NCBI RefSeq assembly: GCF_006345805.1
Contig: NC_043013.1
Coordinates: forward strand, 15,314,001-15,378,000
Source of the DNA: Octopus sinensis
Taxonomy: Eukaryota
DNA: 64,000 nucleotides
Direction: 5' to 3'
A model generated the notes under the pieces. It did not search any database. It saw only the letters and a list, made by a program, of their open reading frames with translations, and had not been told where the DNA came from. The translations under genes were made by a program, and so were the position numbers. Shown here piece after piece: positions 41,026 through 52,976 of this stretch. How positions within the stretch are numbered: the stretch's first letter is position 1; every line of letters begins with the position of its first letter.

Positions 41026-42009
41026 CCCTCCTTCTTCCCTTCTTTCCTGAGCGCCCAATACTACTTATTTGTTCCACATCCTTGCGTTGTTGTCTTTTTG
41101 TTTTCTTGTTTGGATTAACTTTATATATATATATATATATATGCATGGATATACACTCACACATGTACATATGTATCATCATCATTATTTAATGCCTGTT
41201 GTGATGATGATAATACAAATATACGTATGTGTGTGTGTATATATATATATATGTAGAAACACTGCCAGACTAGACTGGAGCCTGGGGCAGTCCCGAGCTC
41301 CCCAGACCCCGGTCGAAACCGTCCAACCCGTGCTAGCGCGGAAAACGGACGTTAAATGATGATGATGATGATGATGATATATGATAAAGTTCTCAAAGCA
41401 TTTTCCATTTGTTTTTTAATATAAATTTACTCATGTGAAACCTCCTAACCTTTTCAGCATATGTATCTCACACACATACATAATGTATGTATATGTCTGT
41501 GTGGATTTGGTAGAAGATGGAAACTAAAAAAAAAACCTGTTGCATATATGTGTATGTGTGTATTTTTGTGTTTTCGTTTGTTTTTGGCTCTCCCTCGCAT
41601 GTGTATGTGTGCATTCCCTCTCACATGCACACGCACTCACGCACACACACACACTTTTGTCTCTGACAACATTAAGCCAAAGAGGTATTTCAAGTGAAAG
41701 ATGTCAACCGAATGACTAAAATATCTTGTTGTCGTAATGGTGTGAATCATGCTGTCTGTTATCTCATGATTGATTGTAAAATAGTCTACCACAGAATAAA
41801 TCTCGCATCAAGAGGAGGAGATAAGCTAAAACAAATGACGAGTAATCTTCATTTTGTACTTTGATAAAATGTAATCACATTTTGTTTTTTTTTTTGTTTG
41901 TAAGCATGACATGAGAGGTGACAGTGAAGGGTAGGAGAGTATGAGGAAGGAGTGCAAAAAACAATAATAAATGCAATGTAACATCACCCAACAACGATTC
42001 ACCTTCGCC

Positions 42010-42043
<34 letters not shown>

Positions 42044-42464
42044 TCATCAACAACATTGTTGTCATCTTTATCACCTTCACCATCATTATCGTCATTGTTA
42101 TGTTATCATCATCATCATCATTATCTCAGTACGTAGCTCTTGTGTTGTAGTAGAAACGTTAGCACGCCGGGCGAAATGCTTTGCGGTATTTCGTCTGCCA
42201 CTACGTTCTGAGTTCAAATTCCGCCGAGGTCATCCTTTCGGGGTCGATAAATTAAGTACCAGTTATGCACTGGGGTCGATATACTTGACTTAATCCATTT
42301 GACTGTCCTTGTTTGTCCCCTCTGTGTTTAGCCCCTTTTGGGTAGTAAAGAAATAGGTATTACTTTTACACTTTTTCTTGGTGGTGGTGTGGATGTCTAA
42401 TCCCAGTCTAAACCTCCTCGACCCAACCATGACAATCCTGTCTTTTTAGAGATGTCTAGGGCTA

Positions 42465-43545
42465 GCTTCAAGCATATAGTTTCCATCCGGATATTGTACG
42501 ATGGGTTGGTGCCTTCCTCTCAGATCGCTCCTTCCAAGTCCAAGTTAATGGTTCGCGGTCCGACGTCTCCAGTGCGAGCAGTGGTGTGCCTCAAGGTTCA
42601 GTGCTTGGGCCCTTGTTGTTCTTAGTCTTCATAAATGACTTGCCCGACGACCTCACGCAACACACCCTTCTATTTGCCGACGATATCAAACTGGTCGCTC
42701 CTCGCGGTAATATAGAGGATCTTCGTCGATGCCTCCACCAAATTTGGAAGTGGTCTAACGATTGGGACCTGTGTCTGAACGTGTCAAAGTGCTGTCATCT
42801 GCCTGTCGGCTCTACTCCTGCAACTCAACTTGATTTCGAGCCGGGTCGTCTGCTGCTGGAGAGGACCGATCAGGTAAAGGACCTAGGTATCTTGGTGGAT
42901 TCCTCCTTTTCGCCTTCGGCCCAGTGCGTCCATGCTGCCAACAAAGCACGCGGAATTCTGTTCTTGATTCGACGGTCATTCGGAATGCTCACAGCAGCCA
43001 TATTCCTACCACTCTATGTCACGCTGGTGAGACCCATATTGGAGTATGGGATTCAAGCCTCTTCTCCTTATCTCCTCAAAGACATACAGCATCTCGAAAG
43101 AGTCCAGAAGCTGGCTACCCGCATGGTTCATGGTCTCAAAAATTTGTCCTACGAAGAAAGGCTGAGGATGCTCGACCTTTATTCTCTTGAAAAACGTAGT
43201 GATCTCATTCTCGCCCACATCATAAGCGGAAAGTGTAACCTCTCGAAAGAGCTGTTCTTCACTCCTGCTCCAGAGCGTCGGCTGCGGGGTCATTCCGAAA
43301 AGCTCTACCTGCGACGATTTCATCTCAATCGAAGGAGAGGAGCTTTCTCCGTCCGGGTTGCGGATCCGTGGAACAAGCTGCCAGACGAGATGGTGAAGAT
43401 GCCGACGACCGCTTTGTTCAAAGCCTCTCTGGACCTCGAGTGGCCTGAACTCTTTACATAAACACCACCCTGTACTTAACTCCATGTCCCCCTACATGGC
43501 CTTGCTATTTGCTTTTGAGCCAAATTAACTAACTAACTAACTAAC
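42465..43545 (+). mobile_element. 5'-truncated CR1-type LINE with an open RT C-terminal frame
   Basis: Open frame 42466-43461: LQAYSF...SGVPQGSVLGPLLFLVFINDL...LFADD...RPILEY; (ACTA)n tail. Confidence 0.92.
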
Positions 43546-44231
43546 ATCTAATTTGTCCATCTATATTCAACATGGTTGCTATTTCCAGCAGATTGGGCTA
43601 TCCTCCGCAGGTTTCCTCATTGTTGTTGTTATTTGTTTTACCCCAGGTCAGTCTTATACAAGCAGTCCTATAATCAAAAGCATTCCAGCTGTGATTATCC
43701 TGGTTTTTTCCTTATGTGCAGGAAACTTAAGAGCACATTATCCAATATGTCCTTTTCTAATCTTGTAGGGAGTTATTTGAAGGCAGTTTTGCTACTACTT
43801 TCACCAGGTTGAGTGACCCTATAGAGGTTTCTTGGTGTTGCCAGTGGAGATATTGGTGTTTGACTGTGTTGGTACTGTATTGTTGTCATTTGCCTTGGAC
43901 ACAATTTGTGTGTGTGTGTGTGTGTGTGTGTCTGTCGTCCATCCATCCGTTTGTCCAAACAACACTTGCTAGCTAGCTTGTATGTTTGCATATGGGTAGG
44001 TGGGTGTGTATGTATATACATATACATGTATATATGTTTATGCATATGTATATACACATACACAAGTAAAAAAATTACAATGGAATGCAAATAATTGCTC
44101 TTCAAAAGTTTGTGAAGAAAGACTAAGACAAGATAGGTTTATTTGTTCTATTGCAGATAACCTTCAAGTTTCATTTGTGAAAGGTCCCTTTGATTTATTG
44201 AATAACTTCATTAATGTTTGGTTCATTTCAG

Positions 44232-44394
44232 ACACTGTTACCGCCTGTATACTGAAAGGCAGTATAAAGATGAAATGCTGGTCACTTCAGTTCCAGAGAT
44301 CCAAAGAACAAACTTGGCCAATGTTGTATTGCTTTTGAAATCCCTTGGGGTCCAAGATCTCTTGCAGTTTCATTTTATGGACCCACCTCCACAG
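44232..44394 (+). CDS. DHX38: DHX38 coding exon 18
   Basis: [16 protein letters not shown]...[19 protein letters not shown]...FMDPPPQ; tttcag/GTAAGC; phase 2 to 0. Confidence 0.96.
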
Positions 44395-45452
44395 GTAAGC
44401 TTAATTACACAATTATCGTTTCTCTGTGATTCTTACCTATCTTTTTCTTTTTGTTTTCAGACAAGAAGTATTCTTGAGAATGTAGAATAAGAATACATAC
44501 ATAAATGTACAATGTATCTGTTTTTTTATTACCCATAAGGGGCTAAACATAGAGGGGGCAAACAAGGACAGACAAACAGATTAAGTTGATTACATCGACC
44601 CCAGTGCGTAACTGGTACTTAATTTATCGACCCTGAAAGGATGAAAGGCAAAGTCAACCTCGGCGGAATTTGAACTCAGAACGTAATGGCAGACGAAATA
44701 CGGCTACACATTTCACCTGGCATGCTAACGATTCTGCCAGCTCGCTGCCTTATGTACAATGTACAATGTATCATCACTATTTAATGTCTCTGTTCCATGC
44801 TGGTATAGGTTGGAGAGTTTGGCAAGGATCCAGTGAGTGAAGGACTGCATTGACATGTCTGCCTTCCATGCTGGGATGGGTTGGCAAATAAAAAGCACCA
44901 ACCGATCGTGGTCATTGCCAGCCTCCTCTGGCCCCTGTGCTGATGGCACGTAAAAAAGCACCCACTACACTCATGGAGTGGTTGGCGTTAGGAAGGGCAT
45001 CCAGCTGTAGAAACATTGCCAGATAAGACTGGAGCCTGGTGCAGCCTCCTGGCTTCCCAGATCCCGGTCGAACCGTCCAACCCATGGTAGCATGGAAAAT
45101 GGACGTTAAACAATGATGATGATGATGATGATATATATATATCTATATGTATAGACACACACACATACATGCAATTTTCTTTTAGTTTCTATTTACCAAA
45201 TCCACTCACATCACTTTGGCTGACTCAAACCATGTGGTTAAGAGCCAAACTTCTTAATCATGCAGCCATACCTGCTGTGTTTGGTTATAGGTCTGCTGTT
45301 TTGAGGTTGATTTGCAGCTAGACAGCAAGAACAATGAAACACCACCTAATAACTCTTTTGTTATTAACATGCAACCATTCTTTTTGATAATTTATATTTG
45401 AAGTCTTGTGACATACTTTGTATCTTATTTGTGTGTCTCTCTCTTTCCACAG

Positions 45453-45617
45453 GACAATATACTGAATTCTATGTATCAGCTGTGGATTCTTGGTGCTCTA
45501 GACAACACAGGCATGCTTACACCGCTTGGCCGTCAAATGGTAGAATTTCCTTTAGATCCTGCCTTATCAAAAATGCTTATAATTTCAATGGAGATGGAAT
45601 GTAGTGCTGAAATTCTT
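45453..45617 (+). CDS. DHX38: DHX38 coding exon 19 (last one found in the window)
   Basis: [20 protein letters not shown]...[12 protein letters not shown]...AEIL; cacag/GTAAGT; phase 0. The 19 exons total 2997 nt (999 codons). Confidence 0.96.
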
Positions 45618-47331
45618 GTAAGTACTCAAATTACTTATTTATCTTTTATGCTGCTGCTGCTGTTGTTGATGTTGTTGTTATTAGTATTATTAAGGTGGCA
45701 AGCTGGCAGAATCATTAGTGTGCTGGACAAAATACTTTGCGATATTTTGTCCATCTTTATGTTCTGGGTTCAAATTCTGCTGAGGTCAAATTTACATTTC
45801 ATCCTTTCAGGGTCAATAAAATAAGCACCAGTCAAGTACTTGACTTCTGCCTCCCGTCAAAAACTGTTGGCCCTATGCCAAAATTTGAAACCATTATCAT
45901 CTGTAATAATAAATGCCAAAACGAATTTCTGTGTGTCAGTATGTCACACTTTGACCCCCTCTCTCACTATTCAATGACACTGCTACTATTCCTCATGTTG
46001 GAGCGAGAGTAATAGTAGACATAGAGACAGTGTGGGCAGTAGTAGATTGATAGTTGAGATGGTAATGGGATGATAGTAATAGTATGAGCTGTGATAGGGG
46101 TGGAGGCGACAGTGATGATGGTGATGGTGATGGTAGCTGAGGTGGTCAAGCATGACGGTGATAGTAAGGGATATGAAAGACAGTGATGATGGTGGTGGAG
46201 GGGAGGAAGGCAGTGAAGTCAAAGTCGTTGATGATGGTGGTGGTGTCAGAAGTCTGAATGGTGTGTGTATGGCAGTTGTGATGTTGGTGGTGTTACTGAT
46301 GATGGTAATGGTTGAATGCAATCAATAGAAAGAGAGAGATTATACAAAAAATAAAAATTGTCTTAATGTCCTAAGTTCAAATGCTGTCAAGGTTGATTTT
46401 GCCTCTCACCCTTTCAGGGTCAAAATTTCAGGTCTTTTACCTATAGCAGAAAGGTTTATTATTATTAAGTTGATGAAAGGCAGCAAGATGGCAGAATCAT
46501 TAGCACGCCAGGTGAAATACTTAGCGGCATTTTCTCTGTCTTTACATTCTGAGTTCAAATACAGCCAAGGCCGGCTTTGCCTTTTGTCCTTTTGGGGTTG
46601 ATAAAAATAAGTACCAGTCAAGCACTGGGATCAATGTAATTGACTAGTCCTTCTCCCAAAGTTTCAGGCCTTGTGCCTATAGTAGAAAGGATCGTTATTA
46701 AGTTGATGAGCTGACAGATTTGTTAATGTGTCAGACAAAATGCTTAGCAACATTCTTCCAGCTCTTTGCATTCTGAGTTCAAATTTTGCTGAAGTAAATT
46801 TTGTCTTTCATCCTTCCAGGGTCAATAAAATAAGTACCAGTTGAGGATTAGGGTCGATGTAATCGACTAACCCCCAACTCTTCCCAAATTTCAGACCTTG
46901 TGCCTATATCAGAAAGGATTATTGTTATTATTAAAGTGGTGAACTGGCAAAATCTTTAGCACATAGGATTAAATGCTAAACAACCTTTTTTTTTTTTTTT
47001 GGCTCTTTATGTTCTGAGTTCAAACACCACTGTGGTTGACTTTGCTTTCCATCCTTTCATTGTTGATAAAATAAAATATCAGTTGAACTCTGGAGTCGAT
47101 GGAATTGATTTACCTCCTTCCCCGAAAATTGCAGGCCTTTTACTGAAATTTGAAATCATTATTTGTTGTACTCTAAAATTTTGTCATAGTTGAACTTCTA
47201 CATTATTTACATTGAAGGTGATTTGGCCGAGTGGTTAGAGTCTTGGATAGAATACCTCGTGGTATTTATTCTGAATCTTTGCACCCCAAGTTCAATTCCC
47301 ACAGAGATCAACTTTGCTGTCCATCCTTTAA

Positions 47332-47550
47332 CCTTTTAGTATTTAAACTGGCCATTTCTGACTTAAATATTCTCCCTGTTTTATGTTCAAACTGGCCAGG
47401 TTTGGCCACTCACACCTACCCAACAATGTCATTCTATAGAAAATTATCACATCATCTGTTGCTCAAAACTATGAGATAATGTATGATTAAGTCAAAACAA
47501 TGTGAATAAATCAGCGTTACATTTGACAAAATTATCTGAATGCTAAAGGG
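47332..47550. mobile_element. TTAA-type (piggyBac-like) MITE, same family as 52756-52976
   Basis: TTAA|CCTTTTAGTATT ... GAATGCTAAAGGG; inverted copy of the 52.8-kb element. Confidence 0.65.
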
Positions 47551-48361
47551 ATAAGGACCCCTCTCCCACCCTGGGTGGGGGAGGGTCCTTATAAGATTTT
47601 GTTGCTAAAATGTATGTGCATTAAGTTGGTTATACTTCTATAATACACAAAATATTAAAAAATTTTTTTTTTTTATAATTCCTAAGATTATTTAATTACA
47701 AAAATATAATGTGATTTTTTAAACATTGAATGGCTTGGACAATCCATCTGAAGGAAATAGGAATCAAAGAGGTCTATAGGTAAAAAATGGTTGAGAACCA
47801 TGGCTTTAAGGGTTTGATAAAATAATGTAACAGTCCAGTGGCAGTGGATTGGTAGAACTTTGGGGTCAGATACCTTGTAGCGTTTGTTCAGCCTTTTTGT
47901 GTTTTGAGTTCAAATCCTACTACGACCTACTTGGAGTATGAAACTTAATTTGTCATCCAGCTTACTTGATGACATAGTCCTTGGGTGCCTTTAGCAGGGT
48001 CCCTTCCATTGCAAGCATTCAGGTTAGATCTCTGATTTAAAGATAACTCCCTCACTCCTGCTTGTCTTGAAGGTCTTGCCTTGCTCCTGTTGATTAGAAG
48101 ATAAAAATAATGTATGAAAAAATATGAAAATAAACAAAATTTAAAAGGAATTTTTTTATTTTTAGATTTATTATTAATTTTTTTTCTGTGGTAAAATTCT
48201 TCCTTAAATGTTCCAATGTAATCTTTTAGCATTCAAAAATGCTGAGTTCTGTTATAAAGATTGTGAATTTTGTTCGAACTGGTTTTTTTACGACCTTTTT
48301 CAATAGGTCACCCTGTATTGCATCCAACCACTCTCTGTTTTAAATATTCAGTAAATCACAT

Positions 48362-48367
48362 TTTATT
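48362..48367 (-). other. Candidate AATAAA polyadenylation signal of the nested gene
   Basis: AATAAA on the minus strand about 210 nt past the stop codon; AT-rich context, so chance occurrence is likely. Confidence 0.3.
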
Positions 48368-48576
48368 TTATCATTTCATCATGAATGCATCAATTTAATC
48401 TAACACCAGTCAATATCATGAAATGAAGAGGAAGGAGACCTTAGACAAGACTCTCTACTCTATATGAATACATTGTTTTTACATTTGACATTGTTAGTAT
48501 TATGTATGGTGAAAGTTTAAACAGAAACAGTTTTTGTTTTCAGTATCCACCAATGTTCTGACATAAAAGAAAATAT

Positions 48577-50247
48577 TTATAGATATGTAAGTTGGTTATT
48601 GTTAGGATTTTCTGGAATTTCTACACTAGTTTGAGGTAGTTTCTCTACATTTTCATATTGTGAGTTTAATTTATCATTATCCGACTGAAACCCTTGATTG
48701 TGATTTCCTTGTGGTGCTGCCAGTTTAGCTGGTACCTTCTTGTCATTAGTTTGCTGAAGATCAGATTTCTGTACTGGTTTTGTAATGGTCTGCATATTGC
48801 TGTTTAGTCTATGGTAGTTCCGATCTTTACATGTGACATAAATTAATCCAAAAACACAAGGTATCAATGCTAATAACCCTGCCACAATTCCTGTTATAAT
48901 GTTTGCATCCTTCATGAAAACACTGATACATTTTTTTGAAATGACGTCGTCGTCTCTGTCCAGAGCGTTGACACATATGTGGTACGTGACAAATGCGGAG
49001 TCAGTATCAAACGAATATTCATGTTCGTATTTCAGTGTAATGTCCTCTAACTGATTTTCTGACGAGTCTTTGATTGAAACATGGAACTGATTCACTATCA
49101 AACTTGTCATCCACTTAATTCTCACCCGGCCTTTCTCAATTTCGGTGCTAACATTCAAATTGGAAGAAGCATCAGAGTTGATATTTGGATTCCAGTTGTT
49201 ACAAGTTTGGGGCTTGCAATTTAATTCCAAACTATTAATGAGTGCTTTGTCTATCTCTTCGCTGGAATTCCTGCAGGTCTTGATGTGAACTGAAGAACCA
49301 TACATGTTTATAATTGAATTCAAATGACAGTTACAAAGCAGAGAATTATGCTCAAGGTTTAAATTTTGGATGTCTTTTAGATTTTGGAATTTGCACTGAT
49401 CAATTTCCTGTAGTGAACAGTTACTCAAGTCGAAGTTTATCAAATGGTACGGCAAACGGAGAGAGTTTATAGATTTTGTTATATTGTTTCCTTGTAGAGA
49501 AAAATCTTTCAATGATAAAAGTTGAATGAAAGCATCTGACGAAATCTCAGTCAGTTTATTATGACTGAGGTCAAGTTCATTAAGGTTTAACGGGACTTCA
49601 CTGAACATGTTTTTTGATAGGGCTTGGATTAAATTTTCAGACAGATCCAAACTGTTGAGCTTAGAAAGGGACAAGGGGCCATAAATTGTTTGAATTTGAT
49701 TTTTTGATAAATTCAAACTTGAAAGATTTTTTAGATTGCTAAATGTTTCCAGTTTGATCTGTTTTAATTTGTTATTAGACAAGTCCAGTATTTCCAGATT
49801 TGGAGAATCCTGGAAAAGGCTGTCAGAAAGTTCCTGTATTTGGTTATTTTGTAGATGTAGATGTAGGCTGTTTGTTACTATTGGCTTGGTTAGATAAATA
49901 ATTCCATTGGAACTGATATCTAGTGTTTGCCATTTTGGGTAGCTGAGTAAACTGTAAGGAAAATCTAACAACTTGTTGTTGGATACATTTAGTCCTTGAA
50001 GATTGGGCATCGACCCGAGGTTGATAAGTATGGAATCATTTTGGTTTTGATTGAAATTTAGTTGCAGCATATTGTTGTTAGTAATTGAAATAGAGGAAAT
50101 ATTATTATATGACAGTTGAAAGAAGGTGACATTGCTGTAGGTACAGTTGAAGCAGTTCAAGTTGATAGAGTCTGGTGAATAATTCAAAGCATACGATGTT
50201 AATGTAGCACCAAACAGCCAAGTAACAATCAGTAAATGTTGCAACAT
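48577..50247 (-). CDS. Nested single-coding-exon LRR + FN3-like type I transmembrane protein (FLRT/LRRN4/vasorin-like architecture), 556 aa
   Basis: Uninterrupted 1.67-kb ORF. ATG at 50247 follows a T-tract plus CAGCAG acceptor. Signal peptide MLQHLLIVTWLFGATLTSYA, about 12 LxxLxLxxN repeats, HNSLLCNC LRRCT, FN3-like RIKW...YHICV...C, TM at 48829-48900, 83-aa tail. Confidence 0.9.
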   Translation of the reverse strand: MLQHLLIVTWLFGATLTSYALNYSPDSINLNCFNCTYSNVTFFQLSYNNISSISITNNNMLQLNFNQNQNDSILINLGSMPNLQGLNVSNNKLLDFPYSLLSYPKWQTLDISSNGIIYLTKPIVTNSLHLHLQNNQIQELSDSLFQDSPNLEILDLSNNKLKQIKLETFSNLKNLSSLNLSKNQIQTIYGPLSLSKLNSLDLSENLIQALSKNMFSEVPLNLNELDLSHNKLTEISSDAFIQLLSLKDFSLQGNNITKSINSLRLPYHLINFDLSNCSLQEIDQCKFQNLKDIQNLNLEHNSLLCNCHLNSIINMYGSSVHIKTCRNSSEEIDKALINSLELNCKPQTCNNWNPNINSDASSNLNVSTEIEKGRVRIKWMTSLIVNQFHVSIKDSSENQLEDITLKYEHEYSFDTDSAFVTYHICVNALDRDDDVISKKCISVFMKDANIITGIVAGLLALIPCVFGLIYVTCKDRNYHRLNSNMQTITKPVQKSDLQQTNDKKVPAKLAAPQGNHNQGFQSDNDKLNSQYENVEKLPQTSVEIPENPNNNQLTYL

Positions 50248-52755
50248 TTTTCTGTAGAATGGTATCTGCTGGAAAAAAAAAAAAATCAAATTAGTTGAAA
50301 AATAATATACAGTTATATGAATTGAAGAGCAGAATGAAATAAGTGGAGCAAGAGCACACACAAAGATGAAAAGTGTTATCGAAGAGGTCACAGGTGTGTG
50401 ACGAAAGATTTCCGGACAATGGACATGAATTACAATAAGAACACAATAAGAACAAATATATAGTGCATGAGTTTATTTGGCAAAAAACATATGCAATATA
50501 TATAAACCAATTTCAATGGATTTCACCCAAATTTGATGTCAATATTACTTAGTTTGGTTTGAAATAAAACTTGATTAGCTTAATAATCGTAACTTAATCC
50601 TGGGCAAGGCTGGGTTATACTGCTAGTATATATATATATATTACTTGTTTCACTTATTTGACTGCAACTATGCTGGAGTGCCACCTTTAGTTGAACAAAT
50701 TGACCCTAGGACTTATTCTTTGCAAGCCTAGTACTTATTCTATCGGTTTCTTTTGCTGAACCGCTAAGTTATGGGGACATAAACAAACCAAGATCGGTTG
50801 TCAAGCGATGGTGCGGGGACAAACACAGAAACAAATACACAAATATATACATTATAACTATTGCCAGAAACACTTCTGGCCTTTATTACTTTACCATTCC
50901 TTTTGTGTTTTGTAGCTTTAATACAACTCACATGTCCCTTGTACAGTTGATAATCCTTGGTAGCTTCTAAATGCCCCTCATTAGATATATTGAGTAAGGA
51001 GGGTCTGAAATTGTCCAAGCATGTACAAGCCCTTAATTAGTCTTCTCTGTATAGCTAACATCACTATCAGTGATTGCGTGGAATATTTGCATTGAGGAAC
51101 CAAATCTTATAACTGGCACCTGGCCGTTGCCAGTGCTGCTGGACTGACTCCTGTGCAGGTGGCAAGTAAAGAAACACTTGTTTCGACCCTGTGCTTGAGG
51201 AGACCTATTGAGTCAAGTACATCAACATCAAAAATCAATGGAAATTGTAGTTGTGATCCCTGTGCCGGTGGCACGTAAAAAGTACCATCTGAATGTGGCC
51301 GATGCCAGTGCCGGTGGCACGTAAAATGCGCCAACCAATCGTGGCTGTTGCCAGCCTCGCCTGGCACCTGTGCTGGTGGCACGTAAAAAGCACCCACTAC
51401 ACTCACGGAGTGGTTGGCGTTAGGAAGGGCATCCAACTGTAGAAACACTGCCAGATCAGACTGGAGCCTAGTGCAGCCTCCTGGCTTCTCAGACCCCGGT
51501 CGAACCGTCCAACCCATGCTAGCATGGAAAAACAGACGTTAAATGATGAGGATGATGATAAATAAATCAAAGTAAGCAATAAGGATTTAAATCAGTCAAC
51601 AACACTAAGTCTTTTTACTTTTCTTTCTCTAGTGTTGATCCATTATTACTTTCACTATTCCAATATTTTTTTGTTTGTTTGTTAGAAATTGGTGTTTTAT
51701 TCAGTGAAGCTTGTGGTTGTGTTTCAATTTTCAGTTAATATAGCCATTAAAAATGAACACTAGCAACAGTGATTTAAAAATCAGTGATCAAGCTGAAATT
51801 TAGCGTTTGTTTTTAAACAAGAATTTTGTAAAGGAAAAAGGGAAAACAGCCCACCAAGAAAAATTGGTGAACAGAAGAATTATGTTTTAAGAATGTCAGA
51901 CAGCATTGGACAAGTGTTATATAAAATCAAGTGTTATCATTAGGTAGACACATGCTTTACATAGATTTATTAATCTAGATATGAATACATAATATATGTT
52001 GGTTGGTAACATAAGATCAAGTTGGCAAGAAAAGGATTAAACTACTTTCTTTGAGCCTTTATTTCACCCCAAGACCTCAAACTAGATTTATGTAACATGT
52101 GACTAATGCAGACAACTTTTTACATTTTTCATATCACAACAGGTGTTCTACAAAAGCAAATTTATTAAATAACCCACCACTGTCTTCAAATCGCTCTTAA
52201 CACACATTCTCATTTTTATTAAATGGAAATTTACTACGCTTGAGAAACTTTTGTAACTAATTCCAACTACCCATTTTCTTATTGTATAGTAACGATACTT
52301 GATTATTGGCTCCTATGTACACCTTCATCATCATCATCATCATCGTTTAATGTCCGCTTTCCATGCTAGCATGGGTTGGACGATTTTGACTGAGGGCTGG
52401 TGAACCAGATAGCTGCACCTGGCTCCAATCTCGATCTGGCAGAGTTTCTACAGCTGGATGCCCTTCCTAACGCCAACCACTCCAAGAGCGTAGTGGGTGC
52501 TTTTATGTGCCACTGGCACGGGCCCAGTCAGGTGGTACTGGCAATGACCTCGCTCGAATCTTTTTACACATGCCACCGGCACAGGTGCCAATAAGACAAC
52601 ACTGGTAACGATCACACTTGATTGGTGCCTTTTATGTTAGTACATTTCTGTAATTGGAAGATTTAAATCTAGTTAAGTGTTTCAGATCAGTCTGTATTGT
52701 CCTCTTTTTTTTTTTAGTTATGTGCATAATCAGGTCAATTTGTGACTTAGATTAA

Positions 52756-52976
52756 CATTTTAGCATTCAAATTACTTTGTTAAATGTAATGTTTGTTTAT
52801 TTATGTTGTTTTGAATTAATCATGCATTATCTCATGAATTCAAGATTTTGATGATGTGACTGTTCATTTTTAGAATGGCATTGTAGGTAAGTGTGAGAGG
52901 TTCAATCTGGCCAGTTTGAATATAAAACAGGTAGAATATTTGGGTTGGATATATAGCTGGTTTAAATGCTAAAGGG
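52756..52976. mobile_element. TTAA-flanked (piggyBac-like) MITE
   Basis: TTAA|CATTTTAGCATT ... AATGCTAAAGGG|TTAA; a partial copy lies near 54765-54852. Confidence 0.7.

Noticed and set aside
43006-43485. 159-aa antisense ORF (also 15750-15992)
   Set aside because: Antisense shadow of the CR1 RT frame; no recognisable domain.
48577-50247. Toll-like receptor call for the nested LRR gene
   Set aside because: The 83-aa tail has no TIR domain, and an FN3-like domain precedes the TM.
50248-50391. N-terminal 48-aa extension of the 604-aa ORF
   Set aside because: It starts at GTG and crosses a polypyrimidine tract and acceptor. The ATG at 50247 gives a canonical signal peptide.
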